A stretch of 64,000 nucleotides of DNA from Antedon mediterranea (lineage: Eukaryota; Animalia; Echinodermata): the NCBI RefSeq assembly GCF_964355755.1, contig NC_092676.1, positions 27,236,871 through 27,300,870 of the forward strand. The letters are read 5' to 3'. Position 1 is the first letter of the stretch. Each line of letters starts with the position of its first letter. This document shows, piece by piece, positions 26,301 through 39,200 of the stretch. Position numbers and translations under genes: made by a program. Below the pieces are notes generated by a model. That model was given only the letters and a program-made list of their open reading frames with translations, did no database searches and was not told where the DNA came from.

Positions 26301-29300
26301 TGGCCGTTCCATCATCATTCCATGCTGTGTCCTAATAAAATCAAAATTGTTTATTCCTAAGAATTATTTAATTATTGTATACACAACCTGTATTGCTAAA
26401 CTGCGCACGTTGCTATAAAACCCATTTGAAAAACATAATTATATAATATTAATACGACTGCCTAATAGTATAGTAAATGGTTTTAGAAGTCATTACAGAT
26501 GTTTTAGTTGTAAAAATTAACAACTAAGGCCCTGTTCAGACCCATGGCGTTAGACCGTTTTAGCGTACGACGCTAAAAGAATGTGTGTCTGAACAGTTGG
26601 GGATTAGCGTACAACGCGTCGTACAACGGTTGTAGCGTTGTAGTGGAAAACGGTTGATAGTACCGTTTTAGCGTACGACGCTACTGTAAGTCAACGTTGT
26701 ATCCAATCAGAACGTTTCCTGTTATGACGCGAAACAAGGTTTGACCTAGGCTGACATCTTGTATCGTCAATGTGTGAGATGGATTTCAATAACAAAAAGG
26801 CCAGAATAAATAAGGCCTAACTACACTACAAATACAACTGTTACAAAGGCTACAAACTATTATCAACTGATTACCATTATATTTTCTAACAAATGACATA
26901 AATACATGCACCTTGTATTTAAACATAGGGACTACGATCCCATCCGCTTTTAGGCCTAGCTAGGCCTAGAGCCATTCACGCATTTCATTCAAGCTAAAAA
27001 CTAGCGTGGGACATCAAGTCACTCATTCATCAAGGCAGACTAGACTGGACAAGTTTAATGCTGAAAACCCCCTAACTCCTAAAAAAATCAGTAAATAAAC
27101 AAGGGGAGCTGTGTCCCTTTTATTAGCAAGTTAAGGGTTATTTTCAACCGACTGAACTAAAGAATATATTGACTGGACTGGATAGACTAATCACAATCAT
27201 TGTTTTCTTCATCATTACGAGGCCTGCTTTATTTTCGTAACACAAGAGCCTGGGGAAAATGTTTTTTACTACAAAATAAAAACAATAGAAACAGAAATTT
27301 GGCTTTACTATATTTTTTTCTTAAATAAATGCTGAGGTATGTTTTATTTACGGCAAATTTTGTCATAATTGTAGGGCTGAGATCTAGGCCTATATACAGT
27401 GGAAATAATGATGAAAACACGTGGGTAAGAGCACATGAATATGCAACTAGAAACAACCTGGATGACGTACTTCCGTTGTAACGATAATCGTACGCTATGG
27501 GTCTGAACACCTCGTTTTTTTCTCTGCGGTTTGTAACGTGACCTTGATAGTAACGTTGTACGCTAAAACGGTCATGGGTCTGAACAGGGCCTAACTTGCT
27601 AAGCCAGTCATGTGGTTCTCATTAAATTTAAATGGGAGGTGATAACCACTTGTATTAAATTGGAATGTTTTCCAAAATATGATATGCAGAATATTTTCTT
27701 GTAACTAGAAACTATGGCTTGCAGGTTTTATTGTTCCTATGGGTGTCTGGTTTAGATAATTTAAAATCTGATCATAGTTAATGTGAAAATTGTCAGGAAA
27801 TTCAGTTATTGGCAAAGAGCCAGTGATGTCTTCCAATTGATTGTGAACAAATTATTTTTTTACTCTTTTTTACAATTAGAAAGGAATATAGATAATAATA
27901 TTTAATTAAGTCAACTAGCTATTCTTGTTCGAGTCGTGTTGTAAATAAAAAAATATTGACTCAAAGGCAAATGACTGAAATATGACAATGATGTGGGTAT
28001 CAGTGGCTGGATCTCAATGGAGATACAAAATAAAATAAGCACTGAAAAAATGACAATGCTATGATATCAGTGGCTGGATCTCAATGGAGATACAAATAAA
28101 ATAAGCAAAAAGCTAAATTAAAATGGCCAGAAAAGTTAGCAGAGCTTTCGGGGAACACTAGCCCTTCATTAGTGCAAATGAGACAAAGTAGATATAAAGC
28201 AGAGAAGCGCTGTCTTAGTGGAATAAAATAAATAAAAACAAAGGAGTTATAGGCTGGTGAATAGAGGGTGGAGAGAGTAACAGTACAAAACAAAGAAGAG
28301 ATATAAACAAATTTGGAATGGAATTGACTCAAATGGTGGTTAATATCGAAACTTAAATTTAGGTAGTCAAATAAAAAAAAAATGGTATGCAATATAAAAT
28401 ATGGTATGCAATATAAAATATGGTATGCAATATAAAATATGGTATGCAATATAAAATATGGTATAACACTATTATAAAGAGTAAACTCGCGAATAAAAAG
28501 GAAGATTTTGCTGTGGGTGTCTAGACTAAACATAACACGGTGTGTTATATTGTTTGTAATAAATCATCATCTTTTTTAACAGGATAGCCGTGTAAGCCTG
28601 TTAGATGTAGTGAAGACTTCCTGGCTGGTATTAAATCATATGAGAAACATGATTGAGGATAAATGGGATTGGAGTGTATTTATCCACCTTATAAAACATG
28701 AGAATTTAGATATTAGATGGTGAGTTGTATAGATTGATATTTAAGCTTGGTTACTACTAGCGACGCAAAGCAACACAATCTACGCAAAGTAAGAAAATGG
28801 TTCTTCCAATAATTGTGTTTGCCCCCCTGTCTGTGTGAAAAAAACCTGCAATGTTTGAAGCACTGTTGCGTTGTCGGTTCCCACTTGTAATTACGCAATA
28901 CAGCACTTTGAGTTGTTGCGTCGCTAGTGGGAACCACATTTTAGTCATTTTTTTAGCACCTTAATTCATTTACATGTACTATTTTAAATTGTTTAAAATG
29001 ATTTATGATATGATGATTGTAATTTTTTGCAACTAGACAGATTTATGTTGAAATCAAATCCATTTAAACTCGATAAATCTTATACTTTGTAACACTGTAA
29101 ATAGGCCATATCAGATTACTATGTAGTATTTCATCTACTTATACATGATATAATGCATCATTGGGTTACTACAGTACTAAGGTGTATGTTCACACACAGA
29201 TACATTGATGCATACTAATATTGAAACATTGTATCCAAATAATGTTGTGTGTATAATATGCTCCCGAGTATCTAGTAAACTTTGTATTTGATTAATGATC

Positions 29301-30273
29301 CCTTTTCGATTTACATCCCAACCTGACCTACATTCTACTCTACTAGTTCATTTTACGACCACCTTGTTGTTTTTACTTTGTATAAAGAAACCTCTGTATA
29401 ACCCCTATTACTGTTGAAAGGTCTTGCTCTCTACGTATAAACTTGCTTTATGAAAGTGTTTCTTGTTTCATTTTAAGGCATGCTGCTCATATTGTCACAA
29501 CGGTTCTACTTATGGTGGAAAATATGAAGATTACATTTTTTGAAAATGTGTTCACTTCTGAACAAATGCGTGATTTAACTTTAAGGTTAGTACTTCTAAA
29601 TTAGAATCATGGTTTAAGCTCTGTCTACACTATCAAACTAGTGTGATGTGCCCAAATATGGTAGTGACATGCTTAAATATGGTAGTGACATGGTAGTCAT
29701 ATGACATCATGTCCATATATGGGAACTCACTTTTTTGTCCCATACAGTTTGATTGTGTAGACAGAGCTTATATGAATTGCAGGTAACTGCTAATTCCTGT
29801 GGAATTTTTCTTATTTAAATTCCCATTTAAAAAATTGCTATATGATGTTAACAAGATTGATGAATTAATATGATTACTACTTATCTTATCACCTCTTGAC
29901 TGATAGCAATAATTTCTATCAAACCACACCTACTTATGTGAAGCCACACCCATTTTGTTGTTATTGGCCATGTATACTTTTACACAATATATCTAAACAT
30001 TTGTACCTGTACCGATTTAATAGACTAAGAACAATGCACCCATTTTACATTTGCATATTTGACACAATTACTTATTGTTACATTTTCAGATATGGTATGA
30101 ATAAATCTGTTAAAACACTGTCTGTACACACAGATCATCATGCTAGTAAACCTGTGGAGGGTACAGGTCAACAAATGTATACACGAGGTCAAGTTACCAA
30201 TACAGATATTGTCCAATCGGTGGTGTCCGTCTGTGACATCCTGTTGGATGTAGCTGAGCAACCAAATTTACAG
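23347..30273 (+). CDS. MDN1: MDN1 exons 1-6, N-terminal domain
   Basis: Exons 23347-23451, 24892-25115, 25229-25301, 28583-28719 (WDWSVF), 29478-29585, 30090-30273; phases consistent. Confidence 0.9.
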
Positions 30274-33200
30274 GTAACTGCTAATTCCTATGTAACGATT
30301 AATGTGCACATTTTGCTTACTTCAATTCCCATATATATTTATGATAATAAATTGCCATGTGATGATAACAAGATTGATGACTTAATTTTGATTACTACTT
30401 ATCTTATCACCTCTTGACTGATGGCAAACAATATATCAAGCCACGCCTACTTATGTGAAGCCACACCCATTTTTTACTGGCCATGTGTAGGCATACTTCT
30501 ACCAAGCCACATTCACTTCTATTGAGTCACAATTGCTTTAACTGTACTACATTAATTACTATGATTATGTCAAATTTGGTATCTACTAGACCAGAAAGAA
30601 ACCACTAATTGCAGTCGCTTCAACAATGAAGAACTTGCGCAGCCTTGTCTTAGCCGTGTCTTCGTCAAGCCCAGTCCTGCTTGAAGGCCCTGTAGGCTGT
30701 GGTAAAACATCATTGGTAGAGTACCTGGCTGAGATGACTGGAAGATGCATTGGTAACAACCTGCTTAGAGTGCAGCTAGGAGATCAGACAGATAGTAAGG
30801 TATGATATATCTTTATATTGGGTAGTTTACACATAAATTCAGCATCAAATATATTGTCGGTATGTTTTATTACGTTTCTAAATTATTTTTTTCTTTCAGG
30901 CACTTTTAGGGACATACTGCTGTACAGACATTCCTGGAGAGTTTAAATGGATTGCAGGACCTTTAACACAGGTAAGCTAAATTTGTTGTGGTTAGGAAAC
31001 ACAATACCACATTACATTAAAGGTGCATGAATGAACTCTGTACAAAGTAATGATTGACATCCGTAAGTCACAAGTGCAAATTATGCAAATGATTTAAGAT
31101 TAATAGTGGCGAGTTTTTGTTTTTTTAGGCTGCTACCCTAGGACATTGGATTCTTTTAGAGGATATTGACTATGCTCCCATGGATGTTATATCAACCCTG
31201 TTACCACTGTTGGAGAGTAGATCACTAAGCCTACCAGGCCACGGTACAACCTTGAAAGCTGCTCCGGGCTTCCAACTTTTTGCCACTCAGAGGTAACAAC
31301 ATTCTGTAGATGGTATATAGAAATACTGGGCTCGCACTGGCCGATCGCCAAGTCGCCATGGGCGAAAACATTTCCAGATTGGCGAAAAATAAAACGGCTA
31401 CTTTAGCCATTTTGGCGATGACATATGATAAAATAGATAATCAAATAATCATTTTGGCGAAAGCATAAAGTCCAACTAAAAGGTCCATTTGTCGATCTTC
31501 AAGCATTTATTTTGTTCGTTATAATGTTGTTTACTTCAAGCTCCATTTTATTGCTTTTTGTGTTAGCACCCCTCTCCTACCACCAGGGTTTCCCACCTCA
31601 TCAATCTATCTAAAATGTGTTTCACTAAGGAATGAATTTTGCACAAGTATTGCATCTGGATTGCACATGTATAATCACTAACAGTGTTAATAGCAAAAGT
31701 TAATTGCTTTTAAATTAATCAAATGTGCTAAACATCCATTAAACAAACGGCTTGTTTAATTGGCTGATATTTATTTATTCTAAACAAACGAGTTAAGAAG
31801 CACTTTAAATTTTTACACAGGCTGGTAAACAGTGGCAGTGGTTTTGTACGACAGCAGCATAGTGATTCATCCATGCTGGATAGAATGTGGACTAGAATAC
31901 AGGTAGCGCCACTATCAACCCAAGAACTACATCAGGTGGGCTTTTTAAAGAATTTTTATGTGAAATACTACAGGCTTTATTGTGTGCTAAAGCAAGATAA
32001 AGGAGGGTGTAGTGTGTTGGATGTTCGACTTCTGATCGTGCGATCGAGGTTGAAGTCCAACTCTCGCCACATTGCTTGTATCCTTGGGCAAGATACTTTC
32101 CTTACGTTTGCCTCTCTGCACTCAGATGTATAAATGTGCACCCGGTTAGATCAAGACACAACTTTGTGCTGATTACTAGCTGCATTATGCGAGTATGTTT
32201 CCATACGCGTTTGATAAAAAAATGTGACTGGGGTAATAATGTTCAGCGCTAGAGGTTTCATTACATTAGGCGCTATTTAAATGCAGGATATTATTATTTT
32301 TAAATATTAGTAATGTTAGGGGTAAAGTAAGGTTGAGAATGTTATGCTACAATCGCCATCTTGAGTAAAAATATATTGGTTTTAATATTTTTTAGGTCGT
32401 AGTAGCATTATATCCAAAACTGAACAATGTGACGGACAAGCTCCTTGAAATCTATGGCTTAATATCATCAGGAGGACATCACGGTGAAGGGGACGCATCA
32501 GACGAAATGGAACGTCTTAATCTAAGCGGCCGTTTGTTGTCAACAAGAGATTTGATTAAGTGGTGCGACAGAATCGTGAAAGACTATGAACACGGTCAAT
32601 CCAAGACTGCAAATATGATATTTCTGGAGGTAAAGTTTTAAATTTTATATTTACTTTAAAAACACTCTTTGTTGCCGGCGCATACAATAATTACAGTTAT
32701 ATAGTCGGAATTTATTTGTCTTGGTTGGTTTGTCATTGGTCTTTTTTTTTCAGGCTTTGGATTGTTTATGTGCTTCGTTATCCAAGTCGTCAAAAAGAGG
32801 AAAGTTGGCCGAAATCATTGGAGCGAAGTTGAATATTTCAAAAGAAAAATCCAGTTTTTTTATGACTAATTACAAACCGTCATTTACAGTGGAGGAGAAT
32901 TTGTGCATTGTGGGAAGGACGACACTTGCCCGAATTCAGCACGATAGGATACAGTATCAACGGTAAGCTGTCGTAGGAGGATTTGAACCAAAGATTAAAA
33001 ATTACACCATTGTGCCACCATTCTATACAAATCAATTTTTTAAATATTTGTTAAAATTATATTAAATTGTTACTAGTGTTAAAACCAATTTTGTTATCCC
33101 TACAGAGCTGCAACTGCCAATTTCGCATTCACGCGCCACACGAGCGTTCTGCTTGAACGGGTCGCAGTTTGTATCAACAACAATGAACCGGTATTGCTGG

Positions 33201-36200
33201 TTGGGGAAACTGGTACAGGGAAGACGTCGTCTGTACAGTACCTAGCTGACCTCACAAACCACAGGTTAAAGGTCATCAATATGAACCAACAGAGTGACAG
33301 CGCTGATTTACTTGGAGGGTAAATAGATTTTTGTAAATATTATATTGAAGACCTTCCCCAAGTAATAAAACAAGTATTTGAAAAAAGTGAAAACTGTACT
33401 TACAATTTTAATAAATGTGATTTTGCAGATATAAACCCCTAGATATAAAACAACTTATCACGCCAATCCGCCAGCAGTTTGAGGAGAACTTTGTGAAGAT
33501 GTTCTCCCGCACTCACAATGAGAAGTTCCTTGGTCACATACAAACGTGTTACACCACTGGTCGCTGGTCAACTTTGCTCAAGTTGATGCTTCACAGTCAG
33601 CAGGCTTCCGTGAAGAGGTTTGAGACCAGCAAAGCCGAGAAATCCGCAGATATAAGAAAGACAGAGGACTCGCAAACTACAGCAAAGTTTTGGAGGGATT
33701 TGGGAGAGCGTATACAACAACTACTGATACAGATTAAACATTCAGAAAATATGCTTGCTTTTTGCTTTGTAGAAGTAAGTATTTTGACCAACTGTGTATG
33801 ATTACACAAGGATATTTCACAGCACATTTACTTTTTGTAAAGCACTGCCTACACTATCAAACTATGTGGGAAAAAAAATGTGATGTGCCCATAATGGACA
33901 TGATGATGTTGTAGCACTACCATATTTAAGTATATCACCACCATATTTTGGGCAAATCACACTTTTTTTGTCTAACTAGTTTGATATGTAGACAGAGCTT
34001 TATTCACCAAGCTTCTTTTTTTCCCTTCTTCTTGCTTAGGGAACATTGGTAAAAGCGCTGACCAACGGAGATTGGGTCCTGCTTGATGAAATCAACCTGG
34101 CAACTGCAGAGACGCTGGAGTGTTTGAGTGGTCTGCTGGAGAGTACATCTGGATCTGTAGTCTTAATGGAAAGAGGGTAAGAGAGAACAACATTTTCTCT
34201 TTCCTAAAAAATTAAGACTTTCCTTATTACGATAATTACAATTATGCGTTGATTAAAACTGTGTATAGGATGAACATTTTTTTGACTGAAAACAAATTGT
34301 TGAGCAGTAAACGTTCTGATACATTTTTTATTTGTTAATTTGTATTTTTGGAATTAAATTTGTGTACTTTAAAATTTTTTTTTTTTTTTTTATATAGCGA
34401 TTCAGCTCCAGTTGTTCGTCATAAGGATTTTCGTCTCTTTGCTTGCATGAACCCGGCAACTGATGTTGGCAAGAAAGAACTACCAATTGGCATACGAAAC
34501 CGGTAGATATTATAATATAATTTAAGTTTAAAGCTCTGTCTACACTATCAAACTAGTTTAACAAAAAAGGTGTGATGTGACCAAATATGGTAGTGATATG
34601 CTTACATATGGTAGTGATGACATCATGTCCATATGTGGGTACATTACATTTTTTTTACATAAAGTTTGATAGTGTAGACAGAGCTTATTACGGCAATAAT
34701 ACTAATAGATGAAATACAATCTGTTTTTAAAAAGTTGTGAATTTAAAAAAAAAATGTTGCAACCTACCACATGATGTTTTATAGATAGATGAAATTAATT
34801 GATTACTTATTATCTATCACCCTTGACTGATGGTATGAATAGATTAGAACAACTTATTTAGCCTTATCATTAAAACAATAAAAATAACTGCATTGAACTG
34901 ATATTTGTCATTTACTTTATATTCTTGTAACTTTTGTTTGTAGGTTCTCAGAATTTTTTGTTGATGAACTAGAAAATGATTCGGACCTGAGAATTCTTGT
35001 GAATAGCTACTTAAGTGGACTGAATGCGTCTGCCAAACAGCTTGATGGTATTGTGAGGTAATTTAAAGCTAATAAAGCTTCTTGTCAGAATCTATTTCCT
35101 TTCTAGTAATTCAAAGTATGCATGCTTCGAAAAGCGCTTTGTGAATTGTTGTGCAAGTTTTGCTTATTGTGCTTTTATTTCCGTTTAGATTTTACCAAGT
35201 CATTCGTTTAGAAGCTGAACAAAAGCTTACAGATGGCACAGGTCATCGTCCTCATTACAGGTAATTTTCAGGTCTGAACATGCTATATACAGGATACTGA
35301 GCTCGCCGTGCAAAGATAGGAACTCGTAACAGTCCTTTGATCTTATGTCTGGCTGCGACAAATACCAACATTACTGTACTATGTACATATTCTATGCGCC
35401 ACTTGGTCTGTTAAGGTCGCAGCCACAGATAAACCCTTTGATTTCTGGAGCTCAGCATCCTGTTGTACATATTCTCAGCAGTGTGCAATGTCTGTTAAGA
35501 TGCATGGATTGTGTCGCAGCCACAGATAAACCCTTTGATTTCTGGAGCTCAGCATCCTGTTGTACATATTCTCGGCAGTGCACGATGTTTAAAGGGCATA
35601 GAACTGATCGTGTTGCAGCCACAGATAAATCCTTTGATATCTGGAGCTCAGCATCCTGTTGTTAAATTGCCTTGCTACATACTTGGGGTAGTTCACTTGC
35701 TATATTTGGGGTTCATGCAAGAGCCAAGGGTTCTTGCTAAGTAAAGGCACTTTACACCACTATTATATCTCACTTAAATTTACTAATTTAGTATTTTGTT
35801 TACATTTTCTACAGTTTAAGAACTTTGTGTCGGGCGTTAAGATTAGCTGCCAGTAACCCTTACGGAAATCTTCTACGTTCCTTATACGAGGTACGGTAAT
35901 TTATTGGATACCACTAATGTTATTAAAATCAAAATAACATTTATCTTCTTCCTATAAGATTAAAGTGGAGCTACACTCAGACTTTCTCAGCTTATATTAT
36001 GTTTAAGTATGTTTAATTGAAAGTGATTACATATCAAAAACCAGGAAAAATACGGAAATATTTTCCAAAAACTCATTTCTAAAAAATCGGTCAGAAAATA
36101 GTGTTTAACAAATTACAGTTTTTCAGTAACTTAGGGGTTATTAGTTTACAATACGTCGCGAAACGCGTTACACTTAGCGACTGACGCGTTTTAGTCGCTG

Positions 36201-39200
36201 GTCAACGCATTGTGGAAATGTCTCCCCTTTGGTAAATTATGTGTCGAAAAATGGGGAATAAATTTTATACACACAATTAATACGATTTGTTTAGGCCTAA
36301 CTAATATTTCCGATAAGAATGTCAGTATAATTTACATGTAACCTCATGATTTTCACTGTACAACAACAGCATAATAATCTTATCAGATTGCTTTTAACTT
36401 TAAGCTAGGGCTAGGCCTAGCTAAGCCGTCTGCTCAGCCTAGCTAGCCTTGAATTTTTGTCTAGAGGCCTATGTATTCATAGGCATGGTCGTTTCGCCCC
36501 ATTTATCGTTCCTGGGTTTTCTCGCACATTAAGAATTGTGAAACACAAAATCCTATAGTATACAGAACAAGAGTAGTAAAGAGTAGTAAAGCGATGTGCA
36601 AGCTTAGACCTGACTGACTGAAAAGCAACTATTCAGGCACCCTATCATGGCCCATGGGTAGGCCAAGGTCGGGTGACAGCAAAACAAACTTCACTGCTGT
36701 CAGCCTAGCCTAGCTAGAGGCCAAGCCACTAAGCAGCATCGGTACATACCTACACTCTAGTAGTAGGCCTAGGCCTAGCTTTATTGAATATATAGCCACA
36801 TCTTTCTCAAATCTCGTTAAATTTGACATTTTAGTAATAGTCTCATAATCACATCATTACACTGTGAAACATAATAAGGTCACATTCAGAATGTTTTAAT
36901 ATACTTTTCGCCCGTTAAAAATAACATCGCGACAAAATAACAGATCGCCAGCTGCAGTGTAGTGTGATTGTGAAAAATGTCACGTGATCGTACTCCCTAG
37001 CAAAATAAAAAACCCAATTGGACCCGAACGGGGGAAAGTGTCTATTTACGCAAAATTGCGCAATGTATACGTGATAAAAATACCAGAAATAGAAAGATCT
37101 GGAAAAATTACATAAATATACATTTTACATTTTTTTTTTGGTGAAGAAATGAATTTTTTAGGATTATTCAAATATACCCCCCTTTTGCATGTAAAAGAAT
37201 AGGAAATTACAAGGTATCCCCCCAAAACGCAAAAAGGCGTGATTTTCAAGAAAATCGTACTCATTGAAAAAAAATTCAAAAAAATATGAAGTATAAGGGA
37301 TGATATTTTTAAATAATAGTTGAAATGTATGAAAAATAGTAATTTTCTGGGTGGAGCTCCACTTTAAAACAATAATAAAATAATGATTGAATTATGTTTT
37401 TTAAATATTAAAATTAGTTTGATGTGCTTGAAAATGATGACAAACATTCGCGCTTCGTATGAAATGTTATGATTATAACAACAATATTTCTTCACTAATC
37501 TTCTGATTCAAGCATACAAAATAACATTTAAAAAAGATCCTTGAAAATTACAAGGGGTTAACCAATTATGGTCTTGGAAAAAGAATTTTAAATGTGTAAC
37601 TTTCTCTCTTACTCTAGAGTTTCTGTCTCAGTTTCCTGACTCAACTAGACAGGGGGTCACATCCCAACGTGGAACAGCTGATTATCAAACATGTGATAGG
37701 TAAAGGAAATGTGCGTGGTATGTTAAAACAACCAATACCACCACCTGTATCTGGTCAGTGCAATAAGATAGAAGGTTATTGGATAAGGCTGGGTGATGTA
37801 GAACCTCTGGTGGCCCAAGACTATGTTTTAACGGCGTCTGTGAGGGCGAATCTGCACGATATATCTAGGATCGTCTCGGCAGGGTAAGAAAGGATCGTTT
37901 TAGAAACATTTACCACATGATGTTTTATAGATAGATGAAAATCTTTTATGATTACTCTTTATCTATCACCCATGACTGATGGTAAATTTTAAGTCTTCTC
38001 GTATTGCTATTGTCATGCTTGTATCGCCTACTATTTGTGTGCCATGTTGGACACTGTTATCCCTAGTTGTCAATAAAGAATAATAATGTTGGATGCGATT
38101 TAATCCTTAGAATGCAACGAAAAATGCAATTAAGCCATGGCCTTCAAACAAATTCACGACATTGCTTAAGTCTACTAAATTTTAATGGCAGTTTTCTCAT
38201 TTTTTCTGTAGGAGTTTTCCAGTTTTAATTCAAGGAGAGACGTCTGTAGGTAAAACAAGTTTAATCCAATGGTTAGCAAAAGCTACTGGTAACAGATGTG
38301 TACGAGTAAATAATCACGAACACACAGATCTTCAAGAGTATGTTGGTTTCTATGCGGCAGATGAAACAGGCAAACTGATTTTTAAAGAAGGTATGTTTGC
38401 ATCCAATTGTTAAGTATAGTTTAATACATCTTTCCTGGTAATTTAATTTAACATTTTGTATCACTTTTTGTACTTTATTTTAGGTGTTCTAGTTGAATGT
38501 ATGAGAAAGGGGTATTGGATTATTCTGGACGAGCTTAATCTAGCGCCCTCTGATGTTCTAGAGGCATTAAATCGGGTAAGCAATCAAATTATTAGATACT
38601 AAGACAACAGTCATAGGTAGTGCAAAGGGTTACACATGGGCATTGACACCACTGACAATATAGCATTTATCCCCATAGAATTTTTACCTTGTTTTCTTTT
38701 GAACTAGTTGTTGGATGATAATCGAGAACTATACATACCAGAAACACAAGACACCGTTCAAGCACACCCACAATTCATGTTGTTTGCTACCCAGAATCCC
38801 GCTGGCCAATATGGTGGTCGAAAGGTACCGTATACTTTACCATTTTGTTACTTTTAACTTGGATATGATGACAAACATTCGCGCTTCGAATGATATTTAA
38901 TGATTATAACATCAGTATTTTCTTCACTAATCTACTGATCCAAGACGTTTTAAAATAAAATAAAGTTGAGGAAAAGTGTATTATTTTATTACAAAAAGTT
39001 AAACAATTTTTTTATGTATAAATTGTAGGTGTTGTCGAGAGCATTTCGCAACCGTTTTGTTGAGCTTCATTTTGATGAAATTCCCAGCCGTGAGTTGCAG
39101 CAAATTCTTCATGATCGATGTGCACTACCAAAGTCGTACTGTATGAGGCTTGTAGCTGTTATGTTAGAGTTACAGGTACGAATTATTACTGTTGTGCTGT

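Noticed and set aside
27709-27852. Possible H/ACA two-hairpin RNA in intron 3
   Set aside because: No clear ANANNA hinge and no identifiable pseudouridylation pocket by eye.
35348-35360. TCTGGCTGCGACA resembles the 5' region of human 7SK
   Set aside because: No GAUC-GAUC hairpin, Pol III promoter or terminator; explained by the local inverted repeat.
37443-37457. AACATTCGC resembles U14 domain A
   Set aside because: The sequence diverges after 9 nt and U14 domain B (TTCCTTGGATGT) is absent.
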